This document shows positions 27,067-35,507 of a stretch of DNA of 38,615 nucleotides, in pieces. This DNA is from Odoribacteraceae bacterium. GTDB lineage: Bacteria; Bacteroidota; Bacteroidia; Bacteroidales; Marinifilaceae. The stretch is from positions 2,808 through 41,422 of the forward strand of contig JAIROI010000097.1 of assembly GCA_031257615.1 (NCBI GenBank), read 5' to 3'. Every line of letters begins with the position of its first letter. Positions within the stretch are counted from its first letter, which is position 1. The notes under the pieces were generated by a model. It saw only the letters and a list, made by a program, of their open reading frames with translations, did no database searches and was not told the origin of the DNA. A program made the translations under genes and the position numbers.

Positions 27067-27795
27067 TGTTTTACGCGGCAGCCTGAGGCTGCCGCATGTA
27101 AAGGGTAGGCAGCTACGCAGCCAATCCTAACGTAGTAGCCTTGTCATACAGTAGCCTTAGGCTACTGCCTACAAAGATTGGGCTGCTACGCAGCCCTTCA
27201 ATGGAATCTTTTTTTTTATGCGGCAGCCTGAGGCTACCGCATGTAAAGGTGAGGCAGCTACGCAGCCTCGTCTTGGTTGGGCCGTACGCGATACAGCACC
27301 CTTAGGGTGCTGCCTACAAAGATTGGGCTGCCATGCAGCCCCGGCTTGGTAAAGGAACACGTGATACAGTAGGTAAGGGAACACGTGATACAGTATGCCG
27401 TTTGCAAGGGAATACGTGATACAACGCCGTTTGCAAGGGAACACGTGATGTGGTACGCCATAGTTCTTGGTTACAGAGGTTGGGCAGCACCCTGTGGGTG
27501 CTGCATAAACAAGAGACCGCTGAAGGGCTGCGTAGCTGCCCAATCTTTGTAGGCAGTAGCCTAAGGCTACTGTATAGCGTACAGTCCAACCAAACCTTGG
27601 CTGCGTAGCTGCCTACCTTTATTTGCGGCTGCCTCAGGCTGCTGCATAAACAAGAGACCACTGAAGGGCTGCGTAGCTGCCCAATCTTTGTAGACAGTAG
27701 CCTCAGGCTACTGTATAACGGGATGTCCACGTTAGGATTGGCTGCGTAGCTGCCTCATCTTTCTACGCGGCTGCCTTAGGCTGCCGCGTAAAACA
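27067..27795. repeat. REP/BIME-like mosaic of hairpin modules arranged as a ~730-bp imperfect inverted repeat
   Basis: The left arm (27067-27340) alternates two module types about every 73 bp. Module alpha is GCGGCAGCC-TGA-GGCTGCCGC + linker + GGCAGCTACGCAGCC. Module beta is CAGTAGCC-TTA-GGCTACTG + CCTACAAAGATTG + GGCTGCTACGCAGCC. The right arm (27485-27795) carries the same modules reverse-complemented (…GGCTGCGTAGCTGCC CAATCTTTGTAGG CAGTAGCCTAAGGCTACTG…). The terminal 17-mers are exact reverse complements. Confidence 0.9.
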
Positions 27796-27847
27796 ATGTT
27801 CACTTCCTTTTGAGGGCGCGACGCGAGGGATCAGGGGAACGCGTGGA

Positions 27848-28489
27848 TCAAGGATGGGGGGTGGAGGCGCGGAGACACCAGGGGGAGAGGCCGCAGGAGG
27901 GACAGCGGGGAGAGCGGGCGGTGCAGGTGTAGCGGCCGTGTAGGATGAGCCAGTGGTGGGAAATGGAGAGGAGGGCGGGGGGGATGCGGGCGACCAGTTG
28001 GCGCTCGACGTCGAGGGGGGTGCGGGCGTTGGAGACAAGGCCGAGGCGGGTGGCGACGCGGAAGACGTGGGTGTCGACAGGCATGGCGGGAGCGCCGAAG
28101 GCGACGGCTTGCATCACGTTAGCCGTTTTGCGTCCCACGCCGGGGAGGGTCTGGAGTTGCTCCATGTCGCGGGGGACTTCGCCGCCGAAGTCGGAGACGA
28201 TCTTGCGGGCGAGTCCGGCGAGGTGGCGGGCCTTGCTGTTGGGGTAGGAGACGGATTTGATGTAGGTGAAGATTTCCTGTTCGTCGGCGAGGGCCATCGC
28301 GGCGGCGTCGGGGTAGCGGGCGAGGAGGGCGGGGGTGACCGCGTTGACGCGCTTGTCGGTGCACTGGGCGGAGAGTACCACGGCGACCAGGAGGCCGAAA
28401 GGGTCGTCGTAGTGCAGTTCGGAGGCGGCGTTGGGGGCGTTCTCCTGGAACCAGGCGATGACGCGGTCGTATCGTTCTTGCAGTTCCAC
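27848..28489 (-). CDS. nth: Endonuclease III
   Basis: 213 aa. It has an HhH-GPD core (LPGVGRKTANV) and the C-terminal 4Fe-4S motif C-x6-C-x2-C-x5-C (CTARSPRCPSCGLSPWC). Confidence 0.95.
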   Translation of the reverse strand: MELQERYDRVIAWFQENAPNAASELHYDDPFGLLVAVVLSAQCTDKRVNAVTPALLARYPDAAAMALADEQEIFTYIKSVSYPNSKARHLAGLARKIVSDFGGEVPRDMEQLQTLPGVGRKTANVMQAVAFGAPAMPVDTHVFRVATRLGLVSNARTPLDVERQLVARIPPALLSISHHWLILHGRYTCTARSPRCPSCGLSPWCLRASTPHP

Positions 28490-28492
28490 GGG

Positions 28493-30673
28493 TTAGAGGG
28501 GTTTTCGGGCGAGGCGGGCCGAGTTGAGGACGACGGAGAGGGAGCTGCAGGTCATGGCCGCGGCGGCGATCATCGGGTCGAGGAGGAAGCCGTTGATGGG
28601 GTAGAGGACGCCGGCGGCGACGGGGATGGCGAGGAGGTTGTAGACGGAGGCCCAGAAGAGGTTTTGGCGGATGGTGGCGAGGGTCTGGCGGGAGAGTCGG
28701 ATGGCGGCGTCGACGGCGCGCAGGTCTGTAGTGATGAGGGTGACCCCGGCGGTTTCGATGGCCGCGCCTGCTCCTTTTCCCATGGCGACGCCGACGTCGG
28801 CCCGGGCGAGCGCCCCGGCGTCGTTGACCCCGTCGCCGACGACGGCCACGCGATGGCCCTGCTCCTGGAGTTCGCGGACGAAGCGTTCCTTGTCGCCGGG
28901 CATGAGTCCGGCGGAGACGCGGGTGACGCCGACGCGGGCGGCGACGCTGGTTGCTGCCCGTTCGTTGTCTCCGGTCAGGAGATACACGTCGAGTCCCCGG
29001 TCGAGGAGGAGTTGGACGGCGGGGGCGGCGCTTTCGCGCGGTTCGTCGGCGGCGGAGATCATGGCGAGGAGTTGTCCCTCGTCGTCGGTGACGCGGGCGA
29101 AATAGAGGAGGGTCTCGCCGCGCGCTTCGAGGGTTTCGCGGGCGGCGACGACGGCGGCGGGGAGGGGGACGCGGTGGCAGGCGAGCAGTCGTTCGTTGCC
29201 GACGATGTAGTCGACGCCGTCGGCATGTCCGCGAATGCCCAGTCCGGGGAGCGCCTCGAAGCTGGACACGTCTACCCGGTCGGCGACGCCGCGGGCCTCG
29301 AGCGCCCGGATGACGGCGCCGGCGAGGGGGTGGGTGGAGAGGCGTTCGAGGGCGAGGAGGACGGTGGCGGGGGGATCGGGGGCGTACCAGTGGAGGGTGG
29401 TGACGGCGGGGAGTCCCCGGGTGATGGTGCCGGTCTTGTCGAAGACGATGGAGTCCGCGCCGTTCAGTTGCTCGAGGCAGGCGGCGTCCCGGAAGAGCAG
29501 TTGTCGCGCGGCTCCCTTGCCGATGGCGACGGCGATGGCGAGGGGAGTGGCGAGGCCGAGCGCGCAGGGGCAGGCGATGACCAGCACGGAGATGGAGGCG
29601 AGGAGGGCGAGGGGGAGGGCGTCGATTCCGGCGGCGATGATCCAGACGAGGAACGTGAGGAGGGAGGAGGCGGCGACGACGGGGACGAAGACGGCGGCGA
29701 GTCTATCGACGAGGCGTTGGACGGGTATCTTGCTTCCCCGGGCCTCGCGGGTGGCGCGGATGACGCGGGAGAGGAGGCTGTCGGTCTGCTCCTTGTCGAC
29801 GCGGAGGAGGAGGTATCCTTGTCCGTTGAGGCTTCCGGCGTAGAGGGGGTCTCCGGTGGTTTTCTCGACGGGCAGGGGTTCTCCGGTGATGGCGCTTTCG
29901 TCGACGAAGGAGTTTCCGTTGGCGACCGTCCCGTCGGCTGGCATTCGTTCTCCGGGCTTGACGGAGAGGAGGTCTCCGGGTCGGGCGTCGTCGGCGGGTA
30001 TTTCTGTTTCCTTGCCGTCGGGGTCGACGCGGAGGACGGTCGGCGGCTGCATTTCGACGAGCAGGCGGACGGCGGCGTTGGTAGCGGCGCGCGCCCTGTT
30101 CTCGATGTATCGTCCGAGGAGGACGAGGGCGATGACGGTGGCGGCGGCCTCGTAGTAGAGGTGCGCGCCGGGGAGGAGGAGGAGGCGCGGGCGGAGGGTG
30201 AGGACGAGGCTAAAGAGGAAGGCGACGCCGGCGCTCGCGGCGACGAGCGCGTCCATGTCTATCTTCCCGCGGCGCAGTCGGCGGGCGGCGCCGAGGAAGA
30301 TCGTCCTGCCGGGGAAGATGATGACGGCGAGGGTGAGGGCGAGCATGATCCATTGTCCCGGGGGCCAGTGCATGAATCCCATGCCGGTGACGAGGACGGG
30401 GGCGGCGAGGAGGATGGCCAGTAGGGCGCGGCGGCGGGAGACCGGGGGAGGGTCGTCGGGGCTGTCGAGTGGCTGGAGGCCGTAACCGGCGGCGGCGACG
30501 GCGCGGGCGATGGCGGCGGGCGCGACGCGGGCGGGGTCGTAGCGTACAAAGAGGGAGGCGTCGGCGAGCGCGACGCGCGCTTCGATCACGCCGTCGATGG
30601 CGCGGAGGGCCTGTTCGATGGCGATGGCGCAGGCGGCGCATCCCGCGCCGGTGATCCGGAAGTGTTCTCGCAT
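28493..30673 (-). CDS. copA: Copper-translocating P1B-type ATPase
   Basis: 726 aa. It has an N-terminal HMA domain with a CxxC (GAGCAACA), a TM CPC motif (ACPCALGLATP), DKTGTIT, and the hinge GDGVNDAGAL. Confidence 0.92.
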   Translation of the reverse strand: MREHFRITGAGCAACAIAIEQALRAIDGVIEARVALADASLFVRYDPARVAPAAIARAVAAAGYGLQPLDSPDDPPPVSRRRALLAILLAAPVLVTGMGFMHWPPGQWIMLALTLAVIIFPGRTIFLGAARRLRRGKIDMDALVAASAGVAFLFSLVLTLRPRLLLLPGAHLYYEAAATVIALVLLGRYIENRARAATNAAVRLLVEMQPPTVLRVDPDGKETEIPADDARPGDLLSVKPGERMPADGTVANGNSFVDESAITGEPLPVEKTTGDPLYAGSLNGQGYLLLRVDKEQTDSLLSRVIRATREARGSKIPVQRLVDRLAAVFVPVVAASSLLTFLVWIIAAGIDALPLALLASISVLVIACPCALGLATPLAIAVAIGKGAARQLLFRDAACLEQLNGADSIVFDKTGTITRGLPAVTTLHWYAPDPPATVLLALERLSTHPLAGAVIRALEARGVADRVDVSSFEALPGLGIRGHADGVDYIVGNERLLACHRVPLPAAVVAARETLEARGETLLYFARVTDDEGQLLAMISAADEPRESAAPAVQLLLDRGLDVYLLTGDNERAATSVAARVGVTRVSAGLMPGDKERFVRELQEQGHRVAVVGDGVNDAGALARADVGVAMGKGAGAAIETAGVTLITTDLRAVDAAIRLSRQTLATIRQNLFWASVYNLLAIPVAAGVLYPINGFLLDPMIAAAAMTCSSLSVVLNSARLARKPL

Positions 30674-30676
30674 GGG

Positions 30677-32560
30677 TCAGCGCGTTGATTGTAATTCCTG
30701 GAGGCGGAGGAGGATGGAGGGGGCGTCGAGGCCGCATTCGGCGAGGAGTTGCTCGCGCGCGCCGTGCTCGATGAAGCGGTCTGGGATGCCGAGTCGGACG
30801 ACGCGCGAGAGGTAGCCGTTGTCGGCGGCGAACTCGGCAACGGCGCTGCCCAGTCCCCCGACGATGGCGCCCTCCTCGAGGGTGACGATGACGCGGAAGC
30901 GGGCGAAGAGGTCGTGCAACAGTTCCTCGTCCAGGGGCTTGAGGAAGCGGGCGTCGTAGAGGGCGACGCTTCCGGGGGGCAGTTGACGGATGGCCTCGCG
31001 GGCCTGGTTGCCGATGGTTCCGATGGAGAGGATGGCGATGTCGCGGCCCTCGACGAGGCATCGTCCCTTGCCTATGGCGAGTGCCCGGCAGGGTGTTTGC
31101 CAGTCGATGGCGACGCCGTTGTCTCGCGGGTATCGGATGGAGAAGGGGCCTTGGTTGTCGAGCTGGGCGGTGTACATCATGTTTCTCAATTCACTCTCGT
31201 CGAGTGGCGCGGCGACGGTCATGTTGGGGACGACGCGGAGGTAGGCGAGGTCGAAGGCGCCGTGGTGGGTGGGGCCGTCGGGGCCTACCAGCCCGCCCCG
31301 GTCGAGGCAGAAGACGACGGGGAGTCGTTGGAGGGCCGCGTCGTGGATGATCTGGTCGTAGGCGCGTTGCATGAACGAGGAGTAGATGTTGCAGAAGGGG
31401 ATGTATCCGGCGGCGGCCAGCCCGGCGGAGAAGGTGACGGCGTGTTGTTCGGCGATGCCCACGTCGAAACAGCGTTCGGGCATCTCCTTCATCATGATGT
31501 TGAGGGAGCAGCCGGTGGGCATGGCGGGGGTGACGCCGAGGATCTTGGGGTTGGCGCGGGCCAGTTCGAGGAGGGTGTGTCCGAAGACGTCCTGGTATCG
31601 GGGGGGGGCGGGGCGCTCCTCGCGGAGGATCTCGCCGGTCTCCTTGTTAAACTTTCCGGGGGCGTGCCAGAAGGTTTGGTCGATCTCGGCCTGTTTGAAG
31701 CCTCGTCCCTTGACGGTGAGGCAGTGGAGGAGTTTAGGGCCTCGGATGGCCTTGAGGTCGCGGAGCACCTTGACGAGGTGTATGACGTCGTGGCCGTCGA
31801 CGGGGCCGAAGTAGCGCGTGCCGAGGGCCTCGAAGAGGTTTCCCTGTTTCATGACCAGGGATTTGATGCTGTTGTCGATGTTCTGGATGAACGCGCGGGC
31901 GCGCGGTCCGACGCGGTTGAACTTGCCGAGGAGTCTCCAGACCTCGTCCTTGACCTTGTTATAGGTTCTCGAGGTGGCGATGTCGAGGAGGTATTCGTTC
32001 ATGCCGCCGACGTTGGGGTCGATGGCCATGTTGTTGTCGTTAAGGATGACGAGCAGGTTGGCGTTGCTCGCGCCGGCGTTATTGAGGCCCTCGAAGGCCA
32101 GTCCTCCTGTCATGGCGCCGTCGCCGATGATGGCCACGGAGAGGCGGTCGTCCTCCCCTGCCAGTTTAGCGGCGACGGCCATGCCGAGGGCCGCGGAGAT
32201 GGAGGTGGAGGAGTGTCCGACGCCGAAGGAGTCGTAGGGACTCTCGTCGCGACGGGGGAAGCCGCTGAGGCCGCCGTACTGTCGGTTGGTGTGGAAGGCG
32301 GCCCTCCTGCCGGTGAGTATCTTGTGGGCGTATGCCTGGTGGCCGACGTCCCAGACGAGGTTATCGCGGGGGGCGTCGAAGACGTAGTGGAGGGCGACGG
32401 TCAGCTCGACGACGCCCAGGGCCGCCCCGAAATGGCCGGGGTGCTCGGCGCACTCGTCGATGATCTTCTCGCGCAACTCCTCGCAGAGTCGCGGCAGCTC
32501 CTTTTCGGGCAACTTCTTGAGGTCGGCCGGGGAGTTGATGTATTCCAGGAAGGATTCCAT
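30677..32560 (-). CDS. dxs: 1-deoxy-D-xylulose-5-phosphate synthase
   Basis: 627 aa. Recognisable blocks include DVGHQAYAHKILTGR, the TPP motif GDGAMTGG...NDN, and the full transketolase-like C-terminus. Confidence 0.97.
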   Translation of the reverse strand: MESFLEYINSPADLKKLPEKELPRLCEELREKIIDECAEHPGHFGAALGVVELTVALHYVFDAPRDNLVWDVGHQAYAHKILTGRRAAFHTNRQYGGLSGFPRRDESPYDSFGVGHSSTSISAALGMAVAAKLAGEDDRLSVAIIGDGAMTGGLAFEGLNNAGASNANLLVILNDNNMAIDPNVGGMNEYLLDIATSRTYNKVKDEVWRLLGKFNRVGPRARAFIQNIDNSIKSLVMKQGNLFEALGTRYFGPVDGHDVIHLVKVLRDLKAIRGPKLLHCLTVKGRGFKQAEIDQTFWHAPGKFNKETGEILREERPAPPRYQDVFGHTLLELARANPKILGVTPAMPTGCSLNIMMKEMPERCFDVGIAEQHAVTFSAGLAAAGYIPFCNIYSSFMQRAYDQIIHDAALQRLPVVFCLDRGGLVGPDGPTHHGAFDLAYLRVVPNMTVAAPLDESELRNMMYTAQLDNQGPFSIRYPRDNGVAIDWQTPCRALAIGKGRCLVEGRDIAILSIGTIGNQAREAIRQLPPGSVALYDARFLKPLDEELLHDLFARFRVIVTLEEGAIVGGLGSAVAEFAADNGYLSRVVRLGIPDRFIEHGAREQLLAECGLDAPSILLRLQELQSTR

Positions 32561-33268
32561 TCAGCAGACGATCGTACCGACGTTCTCTCCCTCGATCAGC
32601 CGCTTGAGGTTGCCGGGAACGTCCATGTTAAAGACCACGAGGGGCATGTTATTCTCCTGGCAGAGGGTCGCGGCGGTCAGGTCCATCACCTTCAGGTCGC
32701 GGCGGTATATCTCGTCGCGGGAGACGCGGTCGAACTTGACGGCGGTGGGGTCTTTCTCCGGGTCGGCGGTGTAGACGCCGTCCACGCGGGTGCCTTTGAG
32801 GAGGATGTCGGCGCGGGTTTCGATGGCCCGCAGGGCGCCGGCGGTGTCGGTGGTAAAGAGGGGGTTGCCGGTGCCTCCGCTGAAGACGACGACGCGGCCC
32901 GCTTCCAGGTATTCGATGGCCCTCTCCTTGGCGTAGAACTCGCCGACCGGCTCGACGCGGAGGGCGGTCATGTGCCTGCACGGGCAGCCGAGGGCGGTCA
33001 GGGTCGAGCAGAGGGCGAGGCCGTTGATGACGGTGGCCAGCATCCCCATCTGGTCGCCGGTGACGCGTTCGATCCCGACGCGCGCGCCGCTGACTCCCCG
33101 GAAGATGTTGCCGCCGCCGATGACTATGCCGACGGAGACGCCCATCCGGGAGATCTCGCTGATCTCGCCGGCGTAACGTTCGAGTACCGCGGCGTCGATC
33201 CCGCGACCGGCCTTCCCGGCGAGCGACTCCCCGCTTAATTTCAGTAGGATTCGTTGATAGTGTATCAT
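32561..33268 (-). CDS. pyrH: UMP kinase
   Basis: 235 aa. Recognisable blocks are ILLKLSGESLAG, VIGGGNIFRG and FSGGTGNPLFTTDTAGALRA. Its stop abuts the dxs start. Confidence 0.97.
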   Translation of the reverse strand: MIHYQRILLKLSGESLAGKAGRGIDAAVLERYAGEISEISRMGVSVGIVIGGGNIFRGVSGARVGIERVTGDQMGMLATVINGLALCSTLTALGCPCRHMTALRVEPVGEFYAKERAIEYLEAGRVVVFSGGTGNPLFTTDTAGALRAIETRADILLKGTRVDGVYTADPEKDPTAVKFDRVSRDEIYRRDLKVMDLTAATLCQENNMPLVVFNMDVPGNLKRLIEGENVGTIVC

Positions 33269-33277
33269 GATTCTTCG

Positions 33278-34681
33278 TTATTCGTTGTCTTGTTCCACGT
33301 ACAGTTGCCCGGTCCGGTGCTTGATGACCCGGACGCCGGCGCCCTTCTCGATGTAGTCGCCGTTGTTCGAGACGGCGTCGTACACCTCCCCTTCTACCTC
33401 CACCTTTCCCGCCGGCCGCAGGCTGGTGAAGGCCTTCCCGCGCTTCCCGATCTCTCGTCCGGCGGTCATGTCGACCCCGATGAAGCCCTCCTCGACGGGG
33501 ACCGTCGCGCGCAGGGCCAGGCCCAGCCGGCGAGCGCCAAAGAGCCTACGCCCCAGCCACAAGGAGAAGAACAGGGAGAAGACCGCGCACGTCGCGACAA
33601 AGAAAAGGGAGTAGAGCAGCTCGCGAGCAAACTCCCCGGCAAAGTCCAGCGAGAATTCCCCCACGCCGGCCAACGCCAGCGAACCGATGATGCACGCGGC
33701 GCCGGCAATGCCGGGGATTCCGAAGCCGGGAAAGACGAATATCTCGAGCAGCAGCAGGATGACGCCGGCAGCAAAAAGGATGATCTCGATGTAGGTCGCC
33801 AGCCCCTCCAGGTAGAGCGGGGCAAAGTAAAGGGCGCAGGCCGCGAGGGAGGCCGCGAGGGGGAAGCCGACGCCGGGGGTCTGCAACTCGAAGTAGACGC
33901 CCCCGACGATGATCATGATCAGCAGCCCCTGGAGGATCGGGTGGACGAGGAAGCCGATCACCCGGTCGATGGTCGTCACCCGGTACTCGCGCAGTTCGTA
34001 GCGCTCGATTCCCTCGGCGCGGAGAAGTTCCTCGATGGAGGAGACGACGCCGTCGCAGAAGCCGTGTTTCAGGGCCTCGCGGGCGGTGAAGGTAAGCACC
34101 TTTCCCCGTTCGGAGACGCCGGCGACCTCCACCTCCTCGTCGACCATTGCCTCGGCGATGGCCGGGTCGCGCCGCCAGACCAGGCGCTGCTCGCCTTTGA
34201 TCGCGAGGGTATCCATCCCCTTGGCCTGCGCCGTGGAGCGCATCATGGAGCGCATGTACGACTGCATCTTGTCGGGTTGTTTCTCGCCGGTAGCGTCGAC
34301 GACGGTGGCGGCCCCGATGTTAGCGCCCTCGCTCATGTAGATGCGGTCGCAGGCAATGGAGATCAGCGCCCCGGCCGACGCCGCGTTGTTATCGACAAAG
34401 ACCCACACCGGCACCGGGCAGCGCAGGATCATGCTGCGCAGGGAGTCGGCGTGTATGACCGTACCCCCGTACGTGTTGAGGTGGATCACGATGTACCGCG
34501 CCCCCTCCTCCAGCGCCCGGGCAAAGGAACGCCGGGCCAGCCGCCACGACGAGGGGCCGATCTCCTCCTTAATGTCCACCTTGTAAACGATCGCCGGGGA
34601 CTCCCCCGCCGCGACGAGCAACGGGCACGCGAGGAGCGCGAGGAGCGCCAGCAGCAGTAGAAATGATTTTATCGTCTTCAT
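33278..34681 (-). CDS. NfeD-like membrane-bound ClpP-class serine protease
   Basis: I placed the start at MKTIKSFLLLL (34681), a signal/TM segment. It has a ClpP-fold N-domain (IVIHLNTYGGTV...NNAASAGALISIACDRIYM), a central block of 4-5 TM helices, and a C-terminal OB-like NfeD domain (GKVEVEGEVYDAVSNNGDYIEKGAGVRVIK). Confidence 0.8.
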   Translation of the reverse strand: MKTIKSFLLLLALLALLACPLLVAAGESPAIVYKVDIKEEIGPSSWRLARRSFARALEEGARYIVIHLNTYGGTVIHADSLRSMILRCPVPVWVFVDNNAASAGALISIACDRIYMSEGANIGAATVVDATGEKQPDKMQSYMRSMMRSTAQAKGMDTLAIKGEQRLVWRRDPAIAEAMVDEEVEVAGVSERGKVLTFTAREALKHGFCDGVVSSIEELLRAEGIERYELREYRVTTIDRVIGFLVHPILQGLLIMIIVGGVYFELQTPGVGFPLAASLAACALYFAPLYLEGLATYIEIILFAAGVILLLLEIFVFPGFGIPGIAGAACIIGSLALAGVGEFSLDFAGEFARELLYSLFFVATCAVFSLFFSLWLGRRLFGARRLGLALRATVPVEEGFIGVDMTAGREIGKRGKAFTSLRPAGKVEVEGEVYDAVSNNGDYIEKGAGVRVIKHRTGQLYVEQDNE

Positions 34682-34726
34682 GTTTATTGATTTCAAGATA
34701 CCGGGCAAAGATAACGGAAATAACGG

Positions 34727-35482
34727 TCACTCGCGCCCGTCGATCGCTACCGCCGCCGCGATGACCGCCAGCAGGGAGACAAACGAGCAGGTGATCAGCG
34801 GCCAAACGGGCAACAGCAGCGAGGCCGCGAAGACGCCGCCCACGCCCGTCGCGACGCCGGCATGACGGTGGATAAAGCCGATCCCCTGCCCCACCGTCAG
34901 CCGTTTGCGCTCCACGGCGTAGTCCATAAAGGCAAAGCCGTAGAAGTAGGAGGTGGCCAGGAAGCCCGCGAGGGGCGCGAACAGCCCCGCGATCGGGATG
35001 AACGAGCAGAAGAAGAGCAGGAGCAACACCAGCGTCTGCAGCAACATGCTCCCGACAGCCAGGAGCGCGCCCCGGCCCGCCTCCCACAGGAACCGTCGCC
35101 AGCGAAAGGGATAGCGACGACCCGAAAGACGCGCCTCGACCCGCTCGGAAAGCCGCGAGAAGACCGGCGACATGACCGCCATCACCGCGTAGCCCCCCCA
35201 GAGGAAAAACGAAAAGTAGTAAAGCAGCCGCAACCCCCACCGCACGAAAAGGTCTACCGCGAAGCTGACCCATCCCGGCAGCATCCAGGCGGCCACCCGC
35301 GCCTCGATCGCCTCCTGCAGACCCCCGGCCCACCGGTCGACCGCCTGCTGCCCGCCCCAGAAAAGCAGGCAGCCCGCGATGACCGGGAAAAGCATGAACC
35401 ACCAGAAGTCCCTGCTGAAAAGCAGCGACAGCGCCCGCCGGTACGCGCCGACGCCTGCGCCGATCCCTTGAAAGAAATTCAT
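34727..35482 (-). CDS. EI24/CysZ-like integral membrane protein
   Basis: 251 aa and polytopic. The N-terminus MNFFQGIGAGVGAYRRALSLLFSRDFWWFMLFPV and the overall topology resemble the EI24/CysZ family. The assignment comes from memory of the family pattern only. Confidence 0.5.
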   Translation of the reverse strand: MNFFQGIGAGVGAYRRALSLLFSRDFWWFMLFPVIAGCLLFWGGQQAVDRWAGGLQEAIEARVAAWMLPGWVSFAVDLFVRWGLRLLYYFSFFLWGGYAVMAVMSPVFSRLSERVEARLSGRRYPFRWRRFLWEAGRGALLAVGSMLLQTLVLLLLFFCSFIPIAGLFAPLAGFLATSYFYGFAFMDYAVERKRLTVGQGIGFIHRHAGVATGVGGVFAASLLLPVWPLITCSFVSLLAVIAAAVAIDGRE

Positions 35483-35507
35483 ACCTTATATATGTATCGC
35501 CCGTTTG

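Noticed and set aside
27169-27730. ORFs 27169-27543, 27258-27461 and 27314-27730 (minus) inside the hairpin mosaic.
   Set aside because: Their translations are built from repeated modules (…LRLLPTKIGQLRSPS… twice). They lie entirely within inverted-repeat DNA with no coding signal.
27953-33238. Very long + strand ORFs (27953-30424, 823 aa; 30749-33238, 829 aa) with G/E/D/V-rich low-complexity translations.
   Set aside because: They are antisense shadows of copA, dxs and pyrH. The minus-strand products carry unambiguous family motifs. C-ending codons on the real strand remove stops from the complementary frames.
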